Below, piece by piece: positions 39,250-52,342 of a stretch of DNA of 64,000 nt; the first letter of the stretch is position 1, and every line of letters starts with the position of its first letter. The DNA is from Octopus sinensis. Lineage: Eukaryota. The notes beneath the pieces were generated by a model. The model had not been told where the DNA came from and did not search any database. It saw only the letters and a list, made by a program, of their open reading frames with translations. Both the position numbers and the translations under genes were made by a program. Location: the NCBI RefSeq assembly GCF_006345805.1, contig NC_042998.1, positions 22,444,001-22,508,000 on the forward strand, given 5' to 3'.

Positions 39250-39486
39250 TCTTTACTCTTACTCTTTTACTTGTTTCAGTCATTTGACTGCGGCCATGCT
39301 GGAGCACCGCCTTTAGTCGAGCAAATCGACCCCGGGACTTATTCTTTGTAAGCCCAGTACTTATTCTATCGGTCTCTTTTGCCGAACCGCTAAGTGACGG
39401 GGACGTAAACACACCAGCATCGGTTGTCAAGCAATGCTAGGGAGACAAACACAGACACACAAACACATAAACACACATACATACAC

Positions 39487-39533
<47 letters not shown>

Positions 39534-39695
39534 TACGATAGGCTTCTTTCAGTTTCCGTCTACCAAATCCACTCACAAGGCATTGGTCGGCCCGGGGCTA
39601 TAGCAGAAGACACTTGCCCAAGATGCCACGCAGTGGGACTGAACCCGGAACCATGTGGTTGGTTAGCAAGCTACTTACCACACAGCCACTCCTGC
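39250..39695 (-). mobile_element. SINE B, young copy
   Basis: Near-identical to 59425-59843 apart from the internal microsatellite. Confidence 0.9.
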
Positions 39696-40284
39696 TTTAA
39701 TATCTGTTCAAGATATTTAAATGTACGTAACTGAATTTCTTCAAAACTACCAATGGTTAAATTCGTTTTTGTAACTATTCGAGTAACCCCTTTCACCAAA
39801 TGATGTTTCGCAAACTCCCTTGAATTTCATAATGTAAACACTTTTCTGGTTATTAATTTCCATGGGTGAAAAAACGAAAATAACTAAAATATATAAATAA
39901 ATGAATGAATAGAGGTAAAAGCAAAATGAATTATTTTATATTTAATTACTGAGAAATCAATAATTATTAATACTAAAAGTATATAGTACAAAAAGAAAGA
40001 AATATTTTCTAGAGATGAAAATAAGCGTTGAACCAGTAAAACAACACATTTGGCTTTAATTTATCATTCCATTAATTTTATTAAAGAGCATTCATTTAAA
40101 AAACTGTATTTATGAATTTAGATCTAAAAGATCGTTGATATTCGACCTTGGTGCAATATCAGTAATGTTTTCTGTTCACTGACAAGACAACATTGTGTTT
40201 ATACCTTAATACCGACAAAAATTGTTTTCGAAAATTTGTTTAAGATGTGAAGTATTGCACCTGGATTAAATTTTTTTATTCTTC

Positions 40285-40677
40285 TATTCTTTTTACTGGT
40301 TTCAGTCACTTGACTGCGTGCGGCCATGCTGGAGCACCACCTTTAGTCGAACAAATCGACCCCAGGAATTGTTCTTTGCAAGCCAAGTATTTATTCTATC
40401 AGTTTCCTTTTGCCGAACCGCTAAGCGACGGAAGCGTAAACACACCCACGTCAGTTGTCAAGCGATAATGGTGGGGGGCAGACAGACACAAATACATACA
40501 TATATATGTGTGTATATATACGACGGGCTTCTTTCAGTTTCCGTCTACCAAATCCACTCACAAGGCTTTGGTCAGCCCAAGGCTATTGTAGAAGACACTT
40601 ACCCAAGGTGCCACACAGTAGGACTGAACCCAGAACCACGTGGTTAGGAAGCAAGCTTCTTACCACACAGCCGCTCT
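40285..40677 (-). mobile_element. SINE B copy
   Basis: Consensus match. Confidence 0.85.
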
Positions 40678-41038
40678 TGTGCAAGAAAAACCACAACCTT
40701 CTAAATCCTCTAAATACCTAGTCATCCCCTTAGTACCCCTTTATATTTGTCACACCATTGTGAGAACTTAAACCCATATATACTCCTGGTTGCGTTTTCG
40801 CAAAGCAAAACCTGCTCCTACTTGTTTCGACATGAACTCCCCGGGTAGCATCTGACTGAGCATACGAAATGCTCAGTAGGTAGTCAACACCCGTAGCTAA
40901 CAGTTTCATACTGTCCTCTTCCAGATTGTGAAAGCTCACCGTAACGTTTAATCTTTATATGGATTAACGCCTAGTGGACAGGAGCAATGAAATCTCCAGT
41001 CCACTGGATTAATGAAATCTTGCCATGTAGGGAGTAAC

Positions 41039-41572
41039 GTGAAGATGCATGGCTTAGGGGTTATAGTGTTCGACTCATGATCATAAGTTTGTGGTTTCGA
41101 TTCCTGGAACGAGTGATGCGTTGTGTCCTTGGGCAAAACACTTTATTTCACATTGCTCCAGTCCACTCAGCCGGTAAAAATGAGTTATCCTGTGACGGAC
41201 CGGCGTCCCGTCCAAGGAGGAATATATAAGCCAGAAAAACTGCAAAACTAGCTCTGTGCTCCTAACGGAATAATGTAGACTAACCATGAAGGGGTGGAGG
41301 CACATGGCCTAGTGGTTAGAGCAGCGGACTGGCGGTCGAGGGATCGCGGGTTCAAATCTCAGACCGGGCGATGTGCTTGTTTATGAGCGAAACACCTAAG
41401 CTTCACGCGGCTCCGGCAGAAGGTAATGGCGAAATTCTGCTGACTCTTTCGCCACAACTTTCTTCCACTCTTTCCTCCTGCATCTAGCAGCTCACCGTCG
41501 AAGTGGGGAACCCATTCGCCAATGAAACAGGCCCTTATGATTCAGGCATGGATCGAGAAGGAACAAACAACA
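41039..41572 (+). mobile_element. Two adjacent SINE C-type copies (41039-41270, 41296-41572)
   Basis: tRNA-like heads. The first copy has the CORE-like TTGTGTCCTTGGGCAAAACACTT. Both share a GACCGGCGTCCCGTCC-type tail (degenerate in the second). Confidence 0.75.
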
Positions 41573-41747
41573 ATCATTAAGGGAGTACTAGAATTCGGAC
41601 TGTAAGATATTTATAAATTCATTCAAGGAATTCCATGGATCGAATTTCGAACAAGAAATTGTACCAGCTCGACAATATCCAGAGCTGTATCGATCTCTAT
41701 ATTAAGAACTATTCGGAACCAATCAGTCATCTGGATGTATCTAAGCT

Positions 41748-42039
41748 CTTTATCTTTTATCTGTTACTTGGTTCAGTCATTAGACGGTGGCCATGCTGGA
41801 GCACCGCCTTGAAATTTTTTTAGTCGAATGACTTAACCCCAGTAATTTTTTAAAGAGCTTGCAATTTATTCTATCGGTCTCTTTCGTCGAACTACTAAGT
41901 CACCGGGCCATAAACAAACCAACACTGGTTTTCAAGCGGTGGTGTGGGGCAAAGACGCAGAGACACACTTATGTATGTATATATGTGTGTATGCGTGAGT
42001 GTGTGTGTATGTAGGTGTATGTACATAAATGTGTGTGTA

Positions 42040-42074
<35 letters not shown>

Positions 42075-42105
42075 AGGTGTATGTACATAAATGTGTGTGT
42101 ATATA

Positions 42106-42139
<34 letters not shown>

Positions 42140-42316
42140 CATGCATATATACAACATGTTTGTTTTTTGTTTGCGTCTATTAAATTCACTCCCAAAGTTT
42201 TGGCCGTCCCGAGTCTATATTAGAAGACACTTGCCCAAGGTGCTGCGTAGTGGGACTGAACTCGGAACAATGTGATTCAGAAGCAAGCTTCTTCCTGCAC
42301 AGCCATACTTGCGCCT
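41748..42316 (-). mobile_element. Old SINE B copy with an expanded internal (TG)n
   Basis: Both halves of the consensus flank ~200 bp of microsatellite. Confidence 0.8.
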
Positions 42317-42936
42317 TAATTCACCGTCTTCGAAATCATTGGTTTTTATTTCTAAGAAAATTGGCATCGATAATAATTTACCAACGATGCACCGACAGAA
42401 AATCTTAAGAACTTCATAAGCATACAAAAATATTAGATATGTGAATTCTAATCTTGTTTTTCCTTATAAATCCTTAATTCAAATTTCTAATCCACATATG
42501 AAAACACGAATACCTCCCACGTAATAACTGCGTCCACCAGGGAAAATGTGTGTGTGTCCATTATTGTTCGTATCAAATGTAAAAGCAACACAAAATTGCA
42601 TATCTTCTGATCCTAACATATAAATATTTTTTGTCAAGTTAATATATAACCAATATATTTAGCTTTTATTACATAAATGCTGGTTGTTGAATCTAATACT
42701 ATTTAAGCAATGTCTAATATAAGAAAAAAACGTGAGAATGTTCGACAAAGTTGCAAACTGCTTGAATTTTTCTTTACACTCAGAGTTAACGTATTAATCA
42801 AGAGAATACGAACATGAGAGAACAGCGAATATATTTACTATGAAGCTCTTCATATTTTCTACTTCTTATAAAGAATTCTTATGTATGTATGTACGTACCT
42901 ACATACGTACGTATGTATGTATGCATGTATATACAT

Positions 42937-43295
42937 ATCAACATTGCTTAACGTCCGCTTTCAAAGCTGGCATGGGTTGGACGGTTTGATTGAGGACTGG
43001 AAAGCCAGGCTCCAATCTGATCTGGCAAGGTTTCTTATTTCTTTACTGCGCACAAGGGGCTACACACAGAAGGGAGGGGACAAACAAAGACAGACAAACG
43101 GGTTAAGTTGATTATATCGACCCAGTGCGTAACTGGTACTTATTTAATCGATCCCGAAAGGATGCAAGGCAAAGTTGACCTCGGCGGAATTTGAACTCAG
43201 AACGTAACGGCAGACGAAATACCGCTGGCAAGATTTCTACAGCTTGCTGCCTTCCTAACGCCAACCACTCCGCGAGTGATGCGGGTGCTTTTTAT
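42937..43295 (-). mobile_element. RTE-related retroposon interrupted by a 5'-truncated SINE A (43034-43225)
   Basis: TSD CTGGCAAG(G/A)TTTC on both sides of the SINE. The host matches 2859-3005. Confidence 0.8.
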
Positions 43296-43664
43296 CTTTA
43301 ATTACAACATAAGATGCAATATATAAGTGTGTCTCTTTGTGGCTGTGTTGATCGCACCCATCATCGCTTGACAACTGCTGTTGGTGTGTTTATGTCCCTG
43401 TAACTTAGCGGTTCGACAAAAGAGGCCGATAGAATAAGTACTAGGCTTACATAGAATAAGTCCTAGAGTCGATCTTCGACTAGAACTCCTTAAAGCAGTG
43501 CTCCAGCATGACTGCGCCCAAATGACTGTAACAAGTAAAAGAATATACATTACACACACACACACACATATATATACACACACGTATATACACACACGTA
43601 TATACACACATATATATACACACACACGTATACACACACACACACACACACATACATACATACA

Positions 43665-44626
43665 TTGGGTTGTCCGGAAAATTCGTGCCGATTTTTAAAG
43701 GAAAGAAAAAGATCAATAAATATTTGCCATTACATTTTTAATCAACCAAATATGAACCATTTTGTTGCACAATGCATCTCCATCTTTCCTTTAACTCGAA
43801 AATACCCTCTTCCTAGAACTGAGGTGAATTCATGGCAAAGAATTCATCAAGGTATCTTTTTATGTCATCCAAGGAATTGAAATTTTTACCATTAAGACTA
43901 TTCTGCAGAGACATGAATAAGTGGAAATCCGAAGGAGCAATATCTGGTGAATATGGAGGGTGGGGTAACACATCCCAGCCGATCTGCAGCAATTTTTGTC
44001 TGGTTCCCAAAGAAACGTACGGTCGTGTATTATCATGTTGGAAGACAACACCCTTCCTGTTGGCCAATTCTGGACGTTTCTTTCGAACTTTTGCTTTTAA
44101 CTCGTCCAGTTGTGTGCAGTATTTCTCAGAATTAATTGTCTGGTTAGTTGGGAGAAGCTCATAGTACAAAATTCCTTTCCAATCCCACCAGACACAAAGC
44201 AAGACATTTTAGGTTGAAGTCCCGCTTTTGGGGTGGTTAAGGGTGGCTCATGTCGTTTACTCCAGGATCGCTTTCTCTGAATATTTCGGTAGATAATCCA
44301 TTTCTCATCACCTGTCACAATTTGCTTTAAAAATGGCGCGTTTTCATTCCGTTTATAAAGCGAATCACAGACGGAAATGCGATCCAAAAGGTTCTTCTCA
44401 CTCAACTCATATGGTACCCAAACATCGTAGCGATTTGTGTACCCAAGCTTTACCAGGTGCTCATGAACGACGGATTTTGATAGGTTGAGGCTTTCTGCCA
44501 ATTCTCGAGTTGTGCAATGTGTGTTATTCTCAATTAATGACTTGATTTCGTCATCTTCTGTAGTGGATGGTCTGCCTGATCACTCTTTATCAATAAGGCT
44601 ACAAGCTGGAACCTTGCGAACCACTA
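43665..44626 (-). mobile_element. 5'-truncated mariner (DD34D) transposon
   Basis: 3' TIR starting TTGGGTTGTCCGGAAAATTCGTGCCGATTTT at 43665, with a transposase pseudogene inside. The 5' TIR and N-terminus are missing. Confidence 0.92.
43738..44626 (-). pseudogene. Mariner transposase pseudogene
   Basis: Motifs WVPYEL, VTGDEKW, LCVWWD, QHDNTRP, HPPYSPDIAPSDFHLF and C-terminus EEGIFELKERWRCIVQQNGSYLVD*. Frameshift near 44205; stops at 43813-43815 and ~44581. Confidence 0.95.
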
Positions 44627-44975
44627 TTTCTAAATGATTAAAATATTGTGTTTAATAAGAGTGAAGAAAGAAACATTTAACGTAAAAAGAAAAAGAAAAC
44701 AAATAATATTTTTTCGTTGTTAAACCACTGTCTAATCGAAAGGTTAGAGTTTCTTCCCTTTCGGAATACTTTCCCACTATACACTGTTTCGGATATCTAT
44801 ACCCTCAAACCCAGAATATCTCAATAACTACTGCTCTGGTTTACGCGAAACTTGTTTCATTCTGCTCGTATTAACATTTCAGGGTTAACTTAATTCATAG
44901 TATTTTCCTATTATGTACCAGTTTGGCTGGGTAACATTACAAGCAAGCAAGCAAGATTCAAACTGGCTTTTAATG

Positions 44976-45040
<65 letters not shown>

Positions 45041-45048
<8 letters not shown>

Positions 45049-45978
45049 TAAATAAATAAAACATATGCATATATACATACATATATGTACGTACCTACCT
45101 CTACATGTATATATATATGGGTACAGGACACCAAAAAAAAAAACGTCGAACACAATAAGAAACGAAAACAAACACAAAACCAAGGAAATGGACATTTTTC
45201 TTAAACAACGAAAAAAAGAGTACAGGACATACAAAACAAGGAAAATTCCCCTTCTTCAGTCGCCCTTGTTTCATCTACTCCATGTTTCGAAGGTCAAGGC
45301 GATACATGACTTTGATGAAACTTTCCTTCCCGCGAAAATCAAATTAAATAAAATTTGAGATTTTTTTGCGGAGGGGTAAAAATGGTAACAAAAACAGGAC
45401 AGTAACGACAGTACAAAGTATAAACAGTAAAAGACAGGACAAGGAGAATAACAGTAACACAAACAAGAAGGGCTGTTACATATACATACATATATACATG
45501 TGTATGCGTGTGCTCGCATGTGTGAGAATCGAGTAAAACCCTTGTGGACTGCTATACGAAGTTCACCTGCGGTCATTCGTTACCTGATGTCATTATAAAG
45601 CAGTGAGAATGTTCCTGCTACCGGATATACATCGGAAATTCCACTGTATCCGTTGAGTTTATATAAATAGATAAATGATAGGAAATGGAATTAAAGAAAA
45701 TGGAAAACTTTCTATTGTTTATCATTTACTTCCATGTGTGTGAGTGTATACACAGACACACGTATATATATATAGATATTACTAAAATAGTTTCAGAATT
45801 TCGAAGGATCCCTTTGGTACAATAGTAGAACGCCTATCATGTATAAAAGTGATGTGGGTTCAAGTTGTATATGCGGCCTTCGACTTTTTATGTCCAAAAG
45901 ATGCTTTCATCCTAATATTTACATATTATTATTAAAATCTTTATATGTACATCGGGATCCAATCTGAAACGATATATA

Positions 45979-46016
<38 letters not shown>

Positions 46017-46944
46017 TAAATAAATAAAACATATGCATATATACATACATATATGTACGTACCTACCTCTACATGTATATATACATGCATATATGGGTAC
46101 AGGACACCAAAAAAACGTCGAACACAATGAGAAACGAAAACAAACACAAAACCAAGGAAATGGACATTTTTCTTAAACAACGAAAAAATAGAGTACAGGA
46201 CATACAAAACAAGGAAAATTCCCCTTCTTCAGTCGCCTTTGTTTCATCTATTCCATGTTTCGAAGGTCAAGGCGATACATGACTTTAATGAAACAATCCT
46301 TCCCGCGAAAATCAAATTAAATAAAATTTGAGATTTTTTTGCGGAGGGGTAAAAATGGTAACAAAAACAGGACAGTAACGACAGTACAAAGTATAAACAG
46401 TAAAAGACAGGACAAGGAGAATAACAGTAACACAAACAAGAAGGGCTGTTACATATACATACATATATACATGTGTATGCGTGTGCTCGCATGTGTGAGA
46501 ATCGAGTAAAACCCTTGTGGACTGCTATACGAAGTTCACCTGCGGTCATTCGTTACCTGATGTCATTATAAAGCAGTGAGAATGTTCCTGCTACCGGATA
46601 TACATCGAAATTCCACTGTATCCGTTGAGTTTATATAAATAGATAAATGATAGGAAATGGAATTAAAGAAAATGGAAAACTTTCTATTGTTTATCATTTA
46701 CTTCCATGTGTGTGAGTGTATACACAGACACACGTATATATATATAGATATTACTAAAATAGTTTCAGAATTTCGAAGGATCCCTTTGGTACAATAGTAG
46801 AACGCCTATCATGTATAAAAGTGATGTGGGTTCAAGTTGTATATGCGGCCTTCGACTTTTTATGTCCAAAAGATGCTTTCATCCTAATATTTACATATTA
46901 TTATTAAAATCTTTATATGTACATCGGGATCCAATCTGAAACGA
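45041..46944. repeat. Near-identical ~970-bp tandem duplication bounded by (TA)n
   Basis: 45041-45972 repeats at 46010-46944, both ending ...CGGGATCCAATCTGAAACGA. Confidence 0.92.
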
Positions 46945-47271
46945 TATATATATATATATATATGTATGTATGTGTGTGTGTGTGTGTGTGTGTGTGGAGA
47001 GAGAGAGAGAAGTATAGAAATATATACATAATATAATATACTTTCTGTATTCACTGTGCTTTCAGACAAGATTTTCATTAGGATTAATCTGTGTTCTTTA
47101 AATCATTTAAGAATAGCACATTCTCTAATCCAGCACTAGATTAATTGTTGGAAACTTTGACAATTTCCAGAAACGATTGCTTTCAAGCAATAAGAAATTC
47201 TGTTTGAATTCCTACTTAAGTTGATATACGAAAATATATTATTCATCTTATAAATAAACCAAGGAAGAGCT

Positions 47272-47531
47272 TGTATGTCCGTATATATATATATATATAT
47301 ATAATATGCCTATTAGTATATGTACATATGTATGTATGTATGTATGTATATATATATATGTATATATACCTATTAGCATATGTATGTATGTATGTATGTG
47401 TGCGTGTGTATATAATATATATATATATACCTATTAGTATATGTACATATGTATGTATGTGTGCGTGTGTATATAATATATATATATAACCTATTAGTAT
47501 ATGTACATATGTATATATACCTATTAGTATA

Positions 47532-47571
<40 letters not shown>

Positions 47572-47580
47572 CATATATAT
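47272..47580. repeat. Minisatellite CCTATTAGTATATGTACATATG with TA/TG spacers
   Basis: Five recognisable units. Confidence 0.85.
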
Positions 47581-48250
47581 GCGAGTATGTAGAGAGAGGG
47601 AGAGGAAGACAGAGTGAGTGCGAGTGAGAGAGGGTGTATGTGTGTGGGGGTTGATCGAGTCAACACTTCAACTCTTAGTCATTGTCTATTATTAGATCAG
47701 CTGTGATTGAGTAAAGTTTATGATCAAAAGTATTTCATACATCACGACTATTTCCTGTTATATTTTTTTATACAGTATATATCTAGGATTGTAAGGGAGA
47801 TAGATGCGCGACCCAGCGGTTAGAATGTTGCATTTACGATCTCAAGATCGTGATTTCGATTCTCAGACTGGCGGTGCGTTGTATTCTTGAGCTAACCACT
47901 TCAATTTTACGTTGGCCCAGTTCACTCGATTGTAAATGGGTAACCCCGCGACGAATCGGTGTTCTGTCCGGGGGTGGGGGGAAATATGGGCTTGCCAGTC
48001 TAGCCAGTGGGCTGGCATCATTCCAAAGCTACAATAATGCAAGCAAGTGCATTGTAACCGGCGGTGTATGACAACACCTGTTAGTCTGGTTGATATAGGA
48101 GGAGGTGGTGGTGAGCGAAATGTGTAAATGTTTTTCAACTAAGATTTTTTCTGTCCGTTACTTAGCCCGTCTGTAACACTTTCACGCGATTAGTTGAAGG
48201 GAGTGGTGAAGAGCAGAAGAGAAAGGAGAGGAAAAGAGGGTGAAGCGAAG

Positions 48251-48284
<34 letters not shown>

Positions 48285-48919
48285 TGTGTGTGTGCTGTGT
48301 ATTAAGTCTATAAAATTATGCATAAAATATATAAAGTGCATTAAGTAATCCTCGTATTCCAATTTCCTTCACTTTTCAATGGTTAGCAGATGAACGACTA
48401 TCTTTTGAGACAGGCTCAACACAGACTACACTTTCAATAAGTTTACCATTGATTCCGTGAAATATTCACGGGTCCCGCTAGCAGATATAATTTGAATAGA
48501 CTTGGCTGCTATTTCTAGTTGGACATGCCACCGCATAATTGTTTTCTAGTGGGCTTAACTCTTAGTTCTGCTCTATGATATGAAAAGCATGTCATTCTTC
48601 GTTACTCTCTATTTGTCACGTTTTCCCAACTCTGGGAATATGTTGCATGGTATTAATTAAACTGCGTTGAAAATCTTCCCAATATTTTGTCATCTTCCCA
48701 ATATTTTGTCATCATTCCAAATGTTCTCTCACCTCCAAGGTATTGTAATCACGATTTCTTCATCAAGTACATGTTAACAACACCAGACAGGATCAATGGT
48801 CAGTATGTTTGACAACGCCAGGCTGAATTAACAGACCCAATATGGTCGCTGTAGCTGCTAGAAATAACAGTCATATTTTCTTAAACTACCTCCTCATACT
48901 TTTAAAAATATGTATCGGG

Positions 48920-49327
48920 GGATCTTTTCGGTTTGAACGGCAGTTTTTAACATAACTAAAAAATTTTAAACTTCGTATACTGGTAGAATGTGTCAATAAA
49001 ATATCCTTTTCTCTTGGCTTTATTGAGAAAATTCATTAGTTTGTAAGATATTTGTTGTTTTTTTCTTCAATTTCTGCAATTTCAACCAATCAATAACGTC
49101 TATTGAGGTAAAAAAAAAACATTCTGTGCCGTATGAATATGTCCCTCGTTTAAGAAACAGATTGGGTTTATTTACATTTGTGAAGAAAAAAAGATACTCT
49201 TCCCCCACCCCTAACCCTAACCCTAAAACAGATTGAAATGCAATAGATCGATACTAGGGTTATAATTATGGGTGTTAATTTCATATGACACCGCAAGAAT
49301 AAACTACCGTTCAAACCGAAAAGATCC
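48920..49327. mobile_element. MITE with GGATCT termini, 8-bp TSD and internal (CCCTAA)n
   Basis: TIR GGATCTTTTCGGTTTGAACGG(C/T)AGTTT at both ends. TSD GTATCGGG/GTATCGGA. CCCTAACCCTAACCCTAA at ~49209-49226. Confidence 0.88.
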
Positions 49328-49779
49328 GTATCGGATACTGCAGAGCTAGATACGAAAATAGATGGGATGGTCACGGCTGGAACGCTTTAGTAATGTATGT
49401 GTTCGATCAGAGCTGGTGTAGAGTAAAGAATGATTAATAAACAACTTGTACGCATTTTTTTTTTTTCCTTTTCGGAATTGCTTTGAGCAGGACAAAGTGC
49501 TACGCCCAAAGCCGACTCGGATATTGATAAAACTGATGTCGTTAACATCTCGCTTAAAATGCCATAAGTCGACAGATGCAGAAATAATAAAAGAGAAAAA
49601 AAAAACATCTGCAGGAAATATATTCTAAAAGAATTTTCGTGTCATCAATGTTGTAACCTTCAACCATACATTCACACTTTTTTTTTATTTTTTGACGTTT
49701 TCTCTCATTTTCATTTTCTATTCTATCTTGAACACATTCTTTTATCACTTGTAAATACTCACTATTCTCTTTGGTTCCT

Positions 49780-49999
49780 ATTGGTAATTATGGTGCATTC
49801 TCTAGACGCAGAGATAATTTTGATAAATCAAGAATTTATGTTGAATGGTATTTGATAGAGCAGTATTCATCTATGTTGTTATACAGTTTTGTTTCAACTC
49901 CAAAATAAAATTAGGAAAATGTGCTGATGTTACAACTAAATGAAATACGAAAGAAAAAGAAAACTGTAAAATCATTTAATATTAAGAAAAATATACAAT
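49780..49999. repeat. ~215-bp dispersed duplication, copy 1
   Basis: Matches 53027-53244. Confidence 0.88.
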
Positions 50000-51332
50000 A
50001 CGATTAATATAAAATAAAGCTGAAGCAAATGAACACCAAATATATAGTGCGTGTGTTTTTATTGGCTAAACTGGCAACATGACCGTCCTCAAATACAACA
50101 ATATTTATTTATATTGCTTTGAATTAATCTTACATTATCTTGTAGCTTTAATATTTCAATAATGTGACAGTCTAGTTTGAATATAAAACATAGCAGATCT
50201 CGCCGGTTTGAATGTTATATAACATATATGTTATATATAACATATATGTTATATATAATGTTATATATAATCCATTCTTTCCCGAACATGGATTGCTGAA
50301 AATTCGGTGCATCTAACATGACGCAGTTATTTTCCCTTCTACGCCGCTGTCACTCGTGTTGGTTCCAGTGATTTGACCATCTGCTTTAATTTATGCCGTT
50401 GTCAATACCGCCTCATTCTTTCTCTTGCTAGTTTATATCGTCTGTCGTCCATATTTTATAAACAAATATCAACTTTCAAGGGAGTAGGCGATAAATAAGT
50501 GCACTTATTCGCCTGATGGGCGATATATATAAAATTTAGTTCAATAAAATAAACTACACTTTTCACTCACTCACTCACTCAACACCACCTCCTCACCACC
50601 ACTACCTCCTCGCCATCACCACTACCACTTCATATATCTCTTTTTCTTTCTATTTCTTACTTCAAAAAAGTTTTTAACTATGTTATTTCCCTCCCCGCAT
50701 CGTTATAATTTCTCTATTTCTCTTTCCCTTCACCGCACATTTTAATAACCACGTGACAGCATAATGCACCGGTTGGCAAAACGTCTCTACTCTCTGTCTT
50801 GCTCTCTCTCTCTCTCTCTCTCTTACCCTCTCGCTCTCTCTTTCGCTCTACATATATATAACTATCTCTTTTCCTTCAACCTCGCTACATCACCTTCCGC
50901 TAAAGATTGCATTTCTAACTTTCTCTGCATCTCTCCCTTGAACTAACATTTTAACCACATAATAACTATTACTTTCCTCCTACCGCATTTCTCTGCCTCT
51001 TTTTCCTCTTGTTCTGCGCCTTTCCCTTCAATTAACCACCTGACAACATAACGATTTCGGCCTTAGCATATTAAAATATAGATAATATCGATGATGATAT
51101 TCATGATGACGATGACAGCAAAAGACCAACTGATCTTCCAATTGACATATACTTTTAAGTTTTAATACTAAGAAAATTAGTTAAGGTTGCGGCAAAAAGA
51201 AAGACGATCAATAATGAAAGTAGCTAATTTGTAGCAGTATCGAAGAAAAACTCGTGCAGTAAACGAGCTGACCTCCATTTGGTTGTACAACCTGGCTAAA
51301 AATAGTTAATTATCTCCCAAATCACACTATCA

Positions 51333-51491
51333 CAGTAGCGTAGCTAGTGGGTGGAAAGTGCGGACTTATGCCCGGGCAAAATGTTTGTTTCATAAACCTG
51401 CATGTTAGGTTGAAATACAAAGTTGGGGTGTTGATGTAACACATAAACTTGAGAACTGCTCAGGGCACCACACATTCTAGCTAGATCACTG
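51333..51491. mobile_element. hAT-type MITE
   Basis: TIRs CAGTAGCGTAGCTAG / CTAGCTAGATCACTG. Degenerate 8-bp TSD CACTATCA/CTCTAACA. Confidence 0.65.
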
Positions 51492-52239
51492 CTCTAACAA
51501 AATCAGACACAATTAAATACTTGTGCTTGTGGCAGCATTCACCTGGGAGGTCTGTGACGGGAAGATTGAGCTGGCTCCAACCAGCAAGTTCATCAGGTCC
51601 CTCAGGTATACTGACTAAACCTGACGGTCGACCCTTGCTTTCCAGTTGGCAAAGTAATGCTTCTGCCTGCAAACATCCAGCTTCCAAATTTTATAAATGC
51701 GCCACTGGGAGAGCAAGCGCGTCGGCTTAACCGTAGTCGTCATTCATTTTTGAGGTGTAGAATTTATGCTTGGAGTTTCAGAGGGAATCCAAGTTCACAT
51801 TGGGTCCCCGGTCACATGCATAAACACTTTGCGACAGTGTGACTCACAGCAGATTATCTTGCCTTTGATTGTTGACCGTCGCAAAGGATTCGCTGACCAA
51901 GTCACTACCGATCATCGGAGCACTACTGTTCTGGGTCAGAGTAGACCGAGGAACAATAGTGGTTAAGCCTTTAGAACCCTGGAACTACTGGATGTAGTTT
52001 AAAGTCTTACACTTAGATTAAGTAGCCCTAGATAGCCCTATAAGGATGGGAAGGTCACTGTTAGAATACTTTTGAGCATAGTTTTGTTTCTTACGTGATT
52101 AGGATTGATCTGAGACTAAACAACAACTGCAATAACAAGTACATTATTTACAATTGACGGATATTTGTCCTCATCTTGTTTGTTAACAACGTTTCGGTTG
52201 ATATACCCTTCAGCCTTCAAGTGAGTCGGAGATAACAAT

Positions 52240-52297
52240 GGACAATTGTCGTCCTGATGGTGGCTATTTAGTCAGAAACACGTGTCCATGACTGTCC
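52240..52297 (+). ncRNA. Degenerate type I hammerhead motif
   Basis: GUCGUC CUGAUGG UGGCU auuu AGUCA GAAA CACGUG UC CAUGAC: palindromic stem III and GUC site, with core A9 changed to G. Confidence 0.5.
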
Positions 52298-52342
52298 TCT
52301 TATCTCCAGGCAATAAGCCTCTCTTTCTAAATGGCATGTCAG

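Noticed and set aside
43832-44164. 110-aa plus-strand ORF, and SETMAR as an identity for the minus-strand ORFs
   Set aside because: The plus-strand ORF is the antisense shadow of the mariner transposase. There is no SET domain, and the transposase frame is disrupted.
45235-45300. CTGAAGA/CTGATGA boxes at 45253 (-), 46225 (-) and 63261 (+) as hammerheads
   Set aside because: I could not assemble stems I-III with a correctly placed GAAA box.
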